From an uncultured bacterium (GTDB lineage: Bacteria > Patescibacteriota > Saccharimonadia > UBA4664), in NCBI GenBank assembly GCA_963720265.1, contig CAVRET010000001.1:133916-197915 (forward strand): a DNA stretch of 64,000 nt, given 5' to 3'. Shown piece by piece: positions 8,404 to 18,007 of this stretch (positions within the stretch are counted from its first letter, which is position 1; every line of letters begins with the position of its first letter). The notes under the pieces are model-generated. The model made no database searches and was not told where the DNA came from. It was given only the letters and a program-made list of their open reading frames with translations. The translations under genes were made by a program, and so were the position numbers.

Positions 8404-9330
8404 TTAAAACCACTTATTGCGCTTAAACAGCCAGGCGCATACGCCCACTAGCACCAGAATGAACCCAGAGATGATCCAAAACGCGAATCTGGTGTGCATG
8501 AGAGGCGTCACGACATTCATGGAGTATATGCTCGTGATGATGGTTGGTATGGTCATAAGAATGGTGATTGAGGTCAGGAGCTTGAAAATGCGGTTTAGGT
8601 TGTTGGCCATGATGGTGGAGTAGGCTTCGCGGATGTTCACGATGGTGGCGAGACGCGACTTGGTGAGGTCGATGAGCTCTGAAATACCAAGGCTTAGATC
8701 TTCAATGAGGTCTTCGTCTTCGTCAAACAACCGGAAATAACGGCCGCTCAGGAGGCCTCGTAACACTGAGGCTGTGGGTACGAGGCCGGACAGGAAGTCG
8801 GCAAGCGTTTCCTCGATGTCGATGAAGGTGACGAAATCACGGTTGGAAATCTCCTCTTTTTTGAGCCCAGCGCGAATTTGGAAAATGGTCTTGGAAATGG
8901 CATTGAGGTGATAGGCGTAGCTGGCCCGCACTTCATCGAGTATGCGCAGCACGAGCTTGGTCTTTTGCGTGGTCACAAGCGCGTCCCGACCGGTGGTGAG
9001 ATGCTCAAGCCCGGCAAAGGTTTTGGGCGAAATGGTGATGACGTGCTGCTTGGCATACACGATAAGCAGCGGCGCGGTGTGGATGTGGCCGCCGTCGTTG
9101 TAGCAAAAACGCGTGTAGATATAGGTGGCGCCGGCTTCGCTTTCGATACGGGGCGACTCGTGCACGTCGATGCCGTCCTGCAGCAGGCCGTGGTCGAGGC
9201 CGTAGGTCTCGGCCAGCTCAGCGAGCTCAGCTTCCAGCGGCGCGGCCGCGTTGATCCAGCTGCCGACCTTGGGCGTGGTCAGGATTCGGAGCTTCTCGGA
9301 ACGGATGTGGCGATAAAAGATTTGCACCAT
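8404..9330 (-). CDS. corA: CorA family Mg2+ transporter
   Basis: CorA layout with two C-terminal TMs and YSMN variant of the GMN motif. Confidence 0.88.
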   Translation of the reverse strand: MVQIFYRHIRSEKLRILTTPKVGSWINAAAPLEAELAELAETYGLDHGLLQDGIDVHESPRIESEAGATYIYTRFCYNDGGHIHTAPLLIVYAKQHVITISPKTFAGLEHLTTGRDALVTTQKTKLVLRILDEVRASYAYHLNAISKTIFQIRAGLKKEEISNRDFVTFIDIEETLADFLSGLVPTASVLRGLLSGRYFRLFDEDEDLIEDLSLGISELIDLTKSRLATIVNIREAYSTIMANNLNRIFKLLTSITILMTIPTIITSIYSMNVVTPLMHTRFAFWIISGFILVLVGVCAWLFKRNKWF

Positions 9331-9417
9331 AATGCAATCTCCCCGGTTTTACGGTTGTTTATCTAGCGTTAATGTTATTACTTCGGACAGCCCGATTGCG
9401 GGCGAAATGTTACTACT

Positions 9418-9475
9418 ATTGTAGAATGATTGAATTTTAAAGTCAATGGACAAACCTGGCCGTTTTTGCTACACT
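9418..9475. promoter_or_regulatory. Back-to-back promoters for corA (-) and tRNA-Glu (+)
   Basis: Minus: TTGACT(9446-9441)-17-TACAAT(9423-9418); plus: TGGACA(9447-9452)-17-TACACT(9470-9475). Confidence 0.7.
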
Positions 9476-9489
9476 TGGCCGAGTCATAT

Positions 9490-9565
9490 GGTCCCATCGT
9501 CTAGCGGTCCAGGACGCCGCCCTCTCACGGCGGAAACAGGGGTTCGATTCCCCTTGGGACTACCA
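9490..9565 (+). tRNA. tRNA-Glu (CTC)
   Basis: Cloverleaf, anticodon arm CCGCC-CTCTCAC-GGCGG, GGTTCGATTC T-arm, encoded CCA. Confidence 0.97.
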
Positions 9566-9627
9566 GTAATTATTTGTCTTTGAGGCTAGTGTTCATAGTC
9601 TACAGATTTGATTTTCTGTGTTGCTAT

Positions 9628-10434
9628 TTAGATGTTGGGTTGTAAGATTTGCAAAAGCTGTTCGTGTAACGCAGGGCTTGCTACGCAAAAGGCGTAATTC
9701 TGCTTGAGTTTGCTCGTGGGGTCCGAATAGTCGATGGGCTTGCCGTCAATCGCAGTCCAGGTCGCGCCGGCCTCTTCGGCAATTATTTGAGGCGCTACAT
9801 TATCCCAGATCTTTGAAGTCATATTGATACGGCCGCCATAGCCGCCAGCGGCCACGTACATTGTGTCTGTCGCTTCACAGTCGGTATTTCGCATGTTACG
9901 AGCCCGGATAAGAACTTCTCCCAACAGCCGGCATTCGTGTTGCGTTTGACCAGGGTTATCCTGATGCCCACCCAGGCTAAAGGAAACCATTGTTTTTAAG
10001 AGATTAGTTTCGCGTGTTGCATGAATGGGTTGATCGTTACAGGTCGCACCCTGACCTTTTGATGCCAGGTAGAGTTTGTTGTGCATTGGAGCCACAATCC
10101 CGCCGGCAACCGGTACGGTACCATCAAGTAGGCCGACCATTATCCCCCAGTCAGGAGTACCACTGGCGAAATTCGCAGTGGCTTCGATTGGGTCGATAAC
10201 CCAGGTGTAACGGGAACTGTTATTTATGGCTCCCGCTTCCTCGTCTATGACATTGTAATCGGGATAGGTGGTGCGGACTGCGGCTACCAGTTTCTTGCCA
10301 ATTGCCAGGTCGGCTTCAGTTAGGACCTGATTATTGTCTCCAGGTTTTGTGGTCGGATTGACGTCACCGAAATAGCTGAGGGCAGTTTTTGCCGCTTTTT
10401 GTAACTCGTTCTTTAGAAATCCTTGGTAGTTCAT
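9628..10434 (-). CDS. Inositol monophosphatase family protein
   Basis: TEAD, EE, WVIDPIEAT.NF, WD..A...I..EAG. Confidence 0.9.
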   Translation of the reverse strand: MNYQGFLKNELQKAAKTALSYFGDVNPTTKPGDNNQVLTEADLAIGKKLVAAVRTTYPDYNVIDEEAGAINNSSRYTWVIDPIEATANFASGTPDWGIMVGLLDGTVPVAGGIVAPMHNKLYLASKGQGATCNDQPIHATRETNLLKTMVSFSLGGHQDNPGQTQHECRLLGEVLIRARNMRNTDCEATDTMYVAAGGYGGRINMTSKIWDNVAPQIIAEEAGATWTAIDGKPIDYSDPTSKLKQNYAFCVASPALHEQLLQILQPNI

Positions 10435-10575
10435 AGCCAGTATCCTATGGTTTTTTTGTGTTCATGTCAGCCTTAAAGCGCTAAAATTTTATATCTAAGA
10501 TTGACCGCCAACGGCTTACTTCCTAAAGGATTGAGTGTAAACTTTCGGTCCTGGCCTACCAGGTATTCTTTGGCT

Positions 10576-11406
10576 TTATTGAGCTTTTTCTGATAAAAGC
10601 GATCGCAGATGAGTAACTTGCATTTTTGCGATATGTGGCACCAGCTTTGGCTTATTTTGCTCGACAAGCGACCATCTTGTGACGATGTAACGGATTTGTT
10701 TTAGGAGTAGACCCTCGTAAATTGATAACAGTTCTGGCGGAATGACTGCCGAGAGCTTCCTGCAGTTGGCCAGAAAGGTGCTGTAACGGTTCATGGTGAA
10801 GCGGTATGGCCTATCAGAAGGCAGTCGGCCATCGAACGTGTCGTGAATGAGCCAGGCGGTGAGGAAATGGTAGAAGCACATTTCGGCGTCGCCGATGTCG
10901 ATGATTCTGGCGCCGTAACCTGCGGGATGAACGCTGGGATCGGGATCGTTAGTCTTTCCCTCAAATACTAACCGCCCCTGTTCGAACTGCTCAAATAATG
11001 CATAGTCGTCAGTATTTAAAATTCGTTTAGCAGCCTGCTTTTCGGTTTCTTCGATTCGGGCGGCTGTATCCGGCTGATCTTCTTTTACGACCGCGGAAGT
11101 ATCAAAACCGACATCAAGCGATGTTACGACTTCTGGCAGGTCATGAATCCAGAGCATACGTACGAGTGGCTGCCGGATATGCTCTAGCTGTGCGGGGAGC
11201 TGCAGATTCTCAGCTGTTAGCGCACAGCGTATGGTATGAACTCTGACGTTATCAAACCAAATTCCGAGAGGATAATCAGGGTGACGCTTACGGGCCACTT
11301 GGTTGCCAAGCTCAACGAGCTTAGAAAGGTCCGATGGCATGTCGGATGGTTTGAAGCGTATTTGGCTGTCGTAAGGTGTCGTAGAAAATTCTTCAGCGTG
11401 TGACAT
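10576..11406 (-). CDS. HD-domain phosphohydrolase-like protein
   Basis: V..H..R ... IHDLPEV, similar to YfbR/HD_3-type nucleotidases. Confidence 0.65.
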   Translation of the reverse strand: MSHAEEFSTTPYDSQIRFKPSDMPSDLSKLVELGNQVARKRHPDYPLGIWFDNVRVHTIRCALTAENLQLPAQLEHIRQPLVRMLWIHDLPEVVTSLDVGFDTSAVVKEDQPDTAARIEETEKQAAKRILNTDDYALFEQFEQGRLVFEGKTNDPDPSVHPAGYGARIIDIGDAEMCFYHFLTAWLIHDTFDGRLPSDRPYRFTMNRYSTFLANCRKLSAVIPPELLSIYEGLLLKQIRYIVTRWSLVEQNKPKLVPHIAKMQVTHLRSLLSEKAQ

Positions 11407-11562
11407 GCGCTGATTGTAGCAAATCCCATGTTCTACACGCCTTTGGAATGTAATTGTCCCGGGAATGAACGAAAGAGTTTCGCTAGCAGGGCGAGGCTTT
11501 CCCAGATTGGTTTCCAGTTTGGTATCTTAAAGGCTACCAATGTTTTTATGCTTTCATTCTAG

Positions 11563-12152
11563 TAACCTCCCAGAGACCCCTGGGCCTTTAGGCCAGGGAT
11601 GAATGGGTCCGCTTAAGGCGGTAGCACCAAGGCAAAACCGGGTGACGTCCAACCTTGGCGCTGGCGCCGACAGTCTGGCATGCTGGGTATGTGAAGTCAG
11701 GTAAAAAATATTATTCCGGTGCGCATACGCTATATCGCCTGCAATTTCATATCGTCTGGATACCCAAGTACCGCAAAAGCATCCTGCGGGGCGAAGTCGC
11801 CACTGACCTGAAGCGATTATTCTTTCAGTGCGCAGAGATGAACGACTGGTGGATTGAGCGGCTGGCAGTGATGCCCGACCACATTCATATGCTTATTGAA
11901 CTACCTCCCAGCATCTCGGTGTCACAGGTAGTACAAATATTCAAAGGTGGCTCAAGTCGGGCTATCCGCCAGACGCATCCTGAACTGGAAGAATGGTTAT
12001 GGGGAGATAGCTTCTGGGCGGATGGCTACTTCGCCGAGAGTGTTGGTCGTAACACGGAGCAGGCGATTAAACGGTATATCGAAAATCAATGGAAAGCTAA
12101 ACCCAGCATGCCGCCCCAAGGAAGCCTCGGGCTTTAGCCCGAGGTGGTTCAC
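11563..12152 (+). mobile_element. IS200/IS605 family element (TnpA only), copy 1
   Basis: Left hairpin CCCTGGGCCTTTAGGCCAGGG, right hairpin CCTCGGGCTTTAGCCCGAGG ending TCAC; near-identical to 35566-36155. Confidence 0.92.
11691..12137 (+). CDS. tnpA: IS200-type Y1 HUH transposase
   Basis: HIVWIPKYR, DHIH (HUH), KG.SS, FW..GYF, YIENQ; GTG start inferred. Confidence 0.95.
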   Translation: MKSGKKYYSGAHTLYRLQFHIVWIPKYRKSILRGEVATDLKRLFFQCAEMNDWWIERLAVMPDHIHMLIELPPSISVSQVVQIFKGGSSRAIRQTHPELEEWLWGDSFWADGYFAESVGRNTEQAIKRYIENQWKAKPSMPPQGSLGL

Positions 12153-13124
12153 TTAACTAACCGTTATTACTACATTTCCCTTCTTGTGGCCTTTATCGAC
12201 GTATCGGTGTGCGTCGATGATTTGTTCTAGCGGATAGCTCCTGTCGATGACTGGCCTAAACTGGCCGGCTTCCGCGAGACTGGCGAGGAGACGCAAATCC
12301 TCTGGACTCGTAGCCACCGGAGAAGCAATGATTTTCTTATTTGTCGTGACCTGCACCAAGGGAGCTTGGAGTATGTCGGGCAGTCCACCCAAGACTCTTC
12401 AGGAGGCGGCCTCCCGCTTTTAGCGAACCTTTGACCCTAGCGAATGAAGCTGTGCCGGCCGTGTCAATAATGACGTCGTATGTCTTTCCACTATTCGCGA
12501 AATCCGTTGACGTGTAATCACTGACGTGGTCGGCACCGAGCGACTTCATAAGCTCGAGGTTCTTCGTACTTGTGACCGCAGTTACTTCGGCGCCGAAGTA
12601 TTTGGCAAGCTGGACTGCCGCCATGCCAACACCTCCCGAGGCACCATTGATGACACTTGCTCGCCTTTTTTAATTTTGCCCTGCTTGAGGAAGTGTAAGG
12701 CAGTTGTCCCACCAAAGGAGATGGTCGCCGCTTCCTCAAAGCTCAGGCCGCATGGTTTTATTGCTACTAAGCCATTTGCAGAAATTGTTTTGTACTCTAC
12801 GTAACAACCCATTTTGGTTCCGCTAAACGCAAAGACTTCGTCACCTGGTTTGAACTGCTTTACATTTGTGCCTACTGATTCAATTTGTCCAGCCAGCTCT
12901 GTACCCAGTATCGGCTGTCCCGGTCTGGACGGGCCATACATTAACCTGGCCATGAATCTGAAACCGGTTGGAACATTAAGTGTACGTACCCTCCAGTCTC
13001 CTGATGTTACCGTGGTCGCGTGTACTTTTATTAAGATCTCGTCGTCGTTTGCGGTGGGCTTTTGTATCTCCGTCCGGCGTAGAACCTCAGGCGGTCCATA
13101 TTGTGTATAGACGATGGCTTTCAT
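12153..13124 (-). pseudogene. NAD(P)-dependent alcohol dehydrogenase / quinone reductase (MDR family), frameshifted
   Basis: Three consecutive ORF fragments (12582-13124, 12337-12624, 12153-12392) together form one MDR protein: MKAIVY..YG.P ... AVQLAK.FGA ... [16 protein letters not shown]. Confidence 0.88.
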
Positions 13125-13819
13125 GGGTTATGCAATCGCGTCCCATTCTGGCAGGACGCTGTCGGCAGGACGCTTGTAGGCTAGGTTTTTTGAGGTCTTC
13201 CTTTGTGTCTGTTTGGACTTCGCAAATTGCTCGCGAAGCGCTTGGTAACGCAACTCTGACATTCCCGGAAAATTAAGTTTGGTCGGTTTATATTCTCGCG
13301 CCATGGTCGCCTCCAATCTGGCCCGTCGGTAGTTCCGCCGGAAGCGTTATTTTGGGGCTGGAATGAAGCGAGGTTGGGTCGGTTGCTCGATTCGACTCCT
13401 CGCTGACGCACTTCTTGGCGTTTTCAGTTAACTTGATCTTACCATATCTGCGGGATCGTGTGATCCCTTGGTCTGTTAGGCTGGTGGCTACTAGAGCAGT
13501 TTTTGAAATATTACCCACCATTTGTCTAGCATAGGGGTTTCACCCACTTTATATGGCTCTACAATCACTTTGGCGAATAAACTAGAGTATTAAGCCAGTT
13601 TTTGACGGTTGGCGGCAAGATTCGTAAGCATAAGCGATATAGGCAGTTTTTTGGCAGAATTCCTAAAGACGCCTGCATAAACTTTGAAGATTTTTGGAAT
13701 AAGCACCAATTGTCGAGGGGTTTGCTTTACTATAGGGTTCCGCTTTGTGTGGTAACTTCGCACCCGGTGGGTGGTGTGAGCAATCTTTTGCGGCTGCTCG
13801 CCGGAGGGAAAGGAGTGTG

Positions 13820-14482
13820 ATGCACAGAGTGGTTCTAATGGCGTTGGTCACCGTGGGAACGGCGGCTTACTTGGGTGGCACAGCGTCGGCCGGTAACAGA
13901 GAGTCCACCAAAGCAAGTCCGCGGCCAACGGTCCTGGCAAACACAAAAACCGATGTAAAAACCGTGGCGGCGCCCGTCCAGAAGCTGTATACCGTGCAGC
14001 CGGGTGATAACTTGTCGGCTATTGCTACGACCGAACAGCTGCCTAATTGGCAGCCGCTGTGGGATGCAAACCCGGGTTTGACTGACCCGGATTTAATTTA
14101 TCCCGGCGAGCAGCTGACGGTGCCAATCGGCCCCACAACGCCCCGGCCGCTGCCAAGTGGCTACGTGAGTGGGAGTGAGCCGGTTACAACCGGCGGGTCA
14201 GGCGGTGTAGCCATGGGCACGTATGCCCAGCCGGCGGCGGCTGATTACGCTACAGGTGCCGGCGGATTGTTCGCGCGTATCCGGCAACGTGAGTCCGGCG
14301 GTAATTACGCCGAGAACACGGGCAACGGTTTCTACGGCGCCTATCAGTTTACAATCGGCACATGGGAGAGCATGGGCGGACACGGTCTGCCTTCCGACGC
14401 GTCGCCGGCTGAGCAGGATATGCGGGCGCAGATGCTGTATGCCGAGCGCGGCTGCGAGCCGTGGCCGAATACGTGTTACTAG
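13820..14482 (+). CDS. Secreted LysM + Rpf transglycosylase
   Basis: SD AAGGAG, signal peptide, YTVQPGDNLSAIA..NP.L.DPDLIYPG (LysM), RESGGNY..NTGNGFYGAYQF (Rpf). Confidence 0.92.
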   Translation: MHRVVLMALVTVGTAAYLGGTASAGNRESTKASPRPTVLANTKTDVKTVAAPVQKLYTVQPGDNLSAIATTEQLPNWQPLWDANPGLTDPDLIYPGEQLTVPIGPTTPRPLPSGYVSGSEPVTTGGSGGVAMGTYAQPAAADYATGAGGLFARIRQRESGGNYAENTGNGFYGAYQFTIGTWESMGGHGLPSDASPAEQDMRAQMLYAERGCEPWPNTCY

Positions 14483-15774
14483 TTCGAAGTTGAATTAGAA
14501 ACTCGGCGGACGGCGGCCTGAAACATAGCGCCGCGTTCGCCGAAGTCCTTGAATAAATTGTAGCTCGGTGCTCCGCTTGACAGCAGACAAACGCGACCGG
14601 CTTTGGTATGGGCAGCGGCGAATCGTACCGCCTCTGTCATATCCGAAGTCTCAAAGTAGGTTTTGGTAATTTTGGGATGAGCGACTTCGACGGCAGCGCG
14701 AATTTTTGCGCCGGTGTCGGGGAACAGAACGAGGTTGCGAATGTCTGCCGTAGCAATGCGGGTGCCGAGCTCAGCGAAATTATATCCGCGATCGATGCCG
14801 CCAAGGATAATAGTGTCGACGCGGCCTTCGAGCGCGCTGAGCGCTGCCAGGGTAGATTGAGGCGTGGTAGCGGCTGAGTCGTCAACCCACTGGATGCCGG
14901 CGTGAATACCTAGGTCTTGCTGGCGGTGTGGCAGGCCGGTTGTGGCGGACAGCGCTCTAGCTGCGGTGTCTGTGTCCACTCCAAGGTGGGTTGACACTAA
15001 AAAGGCTGCGGCTAGGTCGCTGCGGCCTTCAGGGCTGTCTAGGGCCGGCGTCGGGCGGCCCGGGAAGTCGCGGGCGGTAAACGGTACTTTGCGGCCTGGG
15101 CTGGCGCTAGCGAGCCGGCGGCAGTCTTCTTGGGTATCGTTATAGAAAACGACATCGGCTTTATCCTGAAATTCGGTAATGTGGCGCTTAGCTTCTAGAT
15201 AGGCTTCAAACGAGCCGTGGTAATCGAGGTGGTCGGGGTAAATTGAGGTGATCACTGCAGTGTGCGGGCTCGCATGCAGGCTTTCGAGCATATAGCTTGA
15301 AAGCTCAAGTACAAAAATGGTGCGGGGGGTAGCCTCAGGCAGGCGCGTGAGCATCGGTTCGCCGATGTTGCCGGCCAGGATGGTGCGTTTGTGGCCGGCA
15401 ATGAGCGCCGTGTGGATCAGATGTGATGTAGTTGATTTGCCCTTGGTGCCGGTAATTCCGACCACGGTGACATTGTTTGGCAACGAATTTAAAAACAGCT
15501 CAGTGGCACTGGTAACGCGACCGGCCAGGCTGGCCGCAGGCCGCCACGGTAGGCCCGGGGTTTTGATAATAACATCGAAACCTCCGAGATGGTTTAGGTA
15601 CTCCTCTCCCGTGATGAAGCCGGCATCCGAGGGCGGTTTGATCTCGTCGTTGGCGTCTGCAATCGTGAGCTTGGCAGTGGGAGCGTAGCGGCGCAGCATA
15701 TCGAGCGTGGCCCGGCCTTCACGGCCAAAGCCCAAGATGCAGACCTGCTTGCCATCGAGTTCGCTGATCGTCAT
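14479..15774 (-). CDS. murD: UDP-MurNAc-L-Ala--glutamate ligase (probably MurD2)
   Basis: G.GREG, TPG, GITGTKGKSTT, GNIG, ELSSY, DHLDYH, DDS.AT; coupled to murL. Confidence 0.92.
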   Translation of the reverse strand: MTISELDGKQVCILGFGREGRATLDMLRRYAPTAKLTIADANDEIKPPSDAGFITGEEYLNHLGGFDVIIKTPGLPWRPAASLAGRVTSATELFLNSLPNNVTVVGITGTKGKSTTSHLIHTALIAGHKRTILAGNIGEPMLTRLPEATPRTIFVLELSSYMLESLHASPHTAVITSIYPDHLDYHGSFEAYLEAKRHITEFQDKADVVFYNDTQEDCRRLASASPGRKVPFTARDFPGRPTPALDSPEGRSDLAAAFLVSTHLGVDTDTAARALSATTGLPHRQQDLGIHAGIQWVDDSAATTPQSTLAALSALEGRVDTIILGGIDRGYNFAELGTRIATADIRNLVLFPDTGAKIRAAVEVAHPKITKTYFETSDMTEAVRFAAAHTKAGRVCLLSSGAPSYNLFKDFGERGAMFQAAVRRVSNSTSN

Positions 15775-17111
15775 TGCACTCCGGCCCCCGCGAGGAGCTT
15801 GGCGCTGGCCGGGCTGGCTAGGCTCGGCTCGGGTGTAAGTAGGTCTTTCACAAGTTGTTGAGGGTCTTTTACGTTTGGCAGTACAGCTTGTGTGAAATCG
15901 TTCATGAGCGCGGTGTCTTTAAAACCGGGCTTGGTACGGGCCAGGTAAAAAGCAGCCTGTGTTTCTTCCGGTGTACCGACGCATTCGAACGGTTTGAAGC
16001 CCTCCACTCCCCACAGTTCACGGTAGAGCGGGCGTAAGGACCTGTCCTCAAAGAGGTTGTGGCCAAAGATTTTGGTAACGGTGGCTTCCGGCAGCCAGGC
16101 GGCCAGCAGCGCGAACGTGAAGGCGCACTTGGGACAGATACCGCACCAAACGCCGGCGTGCTCGTCGGTCGCTGCCAGCAGCCAGTTGCGGTTGCAGCTG
16201 GTGGCGAGTGGGAAATATTTGGGATATTTTGCAAAGAGTTTGGCGATATGGAGCTCACTTAAGGGGCGCACGAGATTGAGGTAGGCGATGTCGCCGGTGA
16301 TGAAGCGACTGATGTAACTTCGCATAAGGTCTTCCGCTCCCTGACTCTTGCTCCATTGGTGGTTTACCTCCATGCCGAGATAGTCAACATTGCCGTAGCT
16401 GGAGCTGCGCTCGGACGAAAATGCTACGCCGTCAAAACCGGCTAACAGGTTGACGACAATGCTGAGAAACGAGATGTAAGCCGTGATGGGTACATGGCCG
16501 TTGTAGGCGCCGGCTTCATTGAGCTTGAATAGCTCGGGGTCGAGGGTGCGGTCGAGCTCGATCAGCGGCAACTCGGCGGTTTGGGCAAGCTCGGTAATGA
16601 GCCGGTGGCCACGAAGGCGAAATAGCGTTTGGTTAAGGCCGGTTTTGCGCAACAGCTCGACGGTCACCAATGAATCCTTACCGCCGCCGAACGGTACCAG
16701 GAGATGCTGTGCTGTGGATTTGGTTTGCAGTGGCTTGACCGCGGGCTCCGGTGCCGTTGCTGGAAAATTGATAAGTCCGTGAAAGTCGATCCGGTTGCGG
16801 TAAAAGAACTCCCCCAGCCCGTGGGTGTACAGGGTGTTCCAGAATTTGGCTTGCTCAGGGCTTAATGCGCCGCTTTTAACCTCAATCGTCTTTGGGCAAT
16901 AGGTTTTGAAATAGCTAACACCACCGGCCAAATGTAAGGCAAATAGTGCTGCCGGCAGATCGGGATGGCTGGCCAAGAGGAGCAGATCGGCCGGCAGGCT
17001 GATTATTTCCTCGAAATGGATGGCGTTGTCGAGACTGTAGTGCAATATGATGCGACGATTTTCAAGCTCAAGTTCGTATGATTCAAAAATAAAGCGATCG
17101 TATGTCGGCAT
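15771..17111 (-). CDS. murL: UDP-MurNAc-L-Ala-L-Glu epimerase MurL
   Basis: GVSYFK, GLGEFFY.N, PP-loop GGGKDS, NGHVPITA, NHQWSKS, SCN, WCG.CPKC, KPFECVG. Confidence 0.85.
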   Translation of the reverse strand: MPTYDRFIFESYELELENRRIILHYSLDNAIHFEEIISLPADLLLLASHPDLPAALFALHLAGGVSYFKTYCPKTIEVKSGALSPEQAKFWNTLYTHGLGEFFYRNRIDFHGLINFPATAPEPAVKPLQTKSTAQHLLVPFGGGKDSLVTVELLRKTGLNQTLFRLRGHRLITELAQTAELPLIELDRTLDPELFKLNEAGAYNGHVPITAYISFLSIVVNLLAGFDGVAFSSERSSSYGNVDYLGMEVNHQWSKSQGAEDLMRSYISRFITGDIAYLNLVRPLSELHIAKLFAKYPKYFPLATSCNRNWLLAATDEHAGVWCGICPKCAFTFALLAAWLPEATVTKIFGHNLFEDRSLRPLYRELWGVEGFKPFECVGTPEETQAAFYLARTKPGFKDTALMNDFTQAVLPNVKDPQQLVKDLLTPEPSLASPASAKLLAGAGVQ

Positions 17112-17187
17112 GTATATAATTATGACACCATTGACGTATGTTGCAAGGTTTGGCAAAATGGGGAGCGAATGACTGTGTTGTCGTCAG

Positions 17188-17946
17188 ATGGATGTTGAGC
17201 TGACAAACCGCCGGGTAGTGGCGGTAGACGGAGGGACGGCCAGCGGTAAAGGCCGCCTGGTGGATGAACTAGCCCGTTTGCTCCGGGCAAAAGGGGTTCC
17301 TGCGCTCCATCTCTCGACCGGCTCGTTATACCGAGCCGTAACGTATGCTGGGTTGGAGTATGCCAAACAACACGTGTCCGGGCGGCGCGCGCTTGGTGCG
17401 GCTGAGCTGACATCAAAGTGCGTTGCGGGTGTGCGCAAGCTCGATGCTGCTCCCCTGCTGCGTTTGGCCGGCGAGCGCGACATTACGATGCACGGCGGCG
17501 TAGTCTGGCTGGATGGCGGCCCGGCCAACGTAGAAGTGCAGTTGAAAGGCCCAGGCGTGGGTACGGTGATACCGCACGTCGCATCATTTCCGGAGGTGCG
17601 TGAGTTTGTAAATATTACAACACGCCGGCAGATTAACGAATTTGATGGTTATCTGTTGATCGACGGCCGCGACATCGGCTATGTGGTTGCGCCGGATGCG
17701 CCGCTTAAGTTGTTTTTAACGGTTTCGCCGGAAATTGGAGCGCAGCGCTCAATTGAGCATACGGCGGCCGAAATTGTGGCCCGTGATACGGCTGACCGAG
17801 CGCATAAGCATGGGGCGCTGCAGGCGGAACATGATCTTGCGCCCGAAGTGCATGTGATTGCAACCGATGATCTAACGCCTGAAGGCGTGCGGGATAAGGC
17901 CTATCGCTTTATGCGGCACGTCTGGCCCGAGTTACCTGTACTATAG
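17188..17946 (+). CDS. cmk: Cytidylate kinase
   Basis: DG..ASGKG, STG.LYRA, DGRDIG.VV.PDA.LK.FL, RD..D. Confidence 0.88.
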   Translation: MDVELTNRRVVAVDGGTASGKGRLVDELARLLRAKGVPALHLSTGSLYRAVTYAGLEYAKQHVSGRRALGAAELTSKCVAGVRKLDAAPLLRLAGERDITMHGGVVWLDGGPANVEVQLKGPGVGTVIPHVASFPEVREFVNITTRRQINEFDGYLLIDGRDIGYVVAPDAPLKLFLTVSPEIGAQRSIEHTAAEIVARDTADRAHKHGALQAEHDLAPEVHVIATDDLTPEGVRDKAYRFMRHVWPELPVL

Positions 17947-18007
17947 AGCTTTTGACTTGTCTGTCATAAATGATTACGCTGGTGCAATCCGACATGAGGG
18001 AGGATTG

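Noticed and set aside
11563-12152. TnpB/omega-RNA system in the IS200/IS605 copies
   Set aside because: The element is ~590 bp and ends right after tnpA; no tnpB
13128-13521. Short ORFs upstream of the dehydrogenase pseudogene
   Set aside because: No recognisable motifs; probably decayed sequence
13640-13819. c-di-AMP (ydaO) riboswitch upstream of rpf
   Set aside because: Conserved ydaO motifs not seen, and the leader appears too short
95-14350. Nucleotide similarity between the two Rpf domains as a DGR template/variable repeat
   Set aside because: Differences are mostly synonymous and not adenine-specific, and there is no reverse transcriptase; ordinary paralogy
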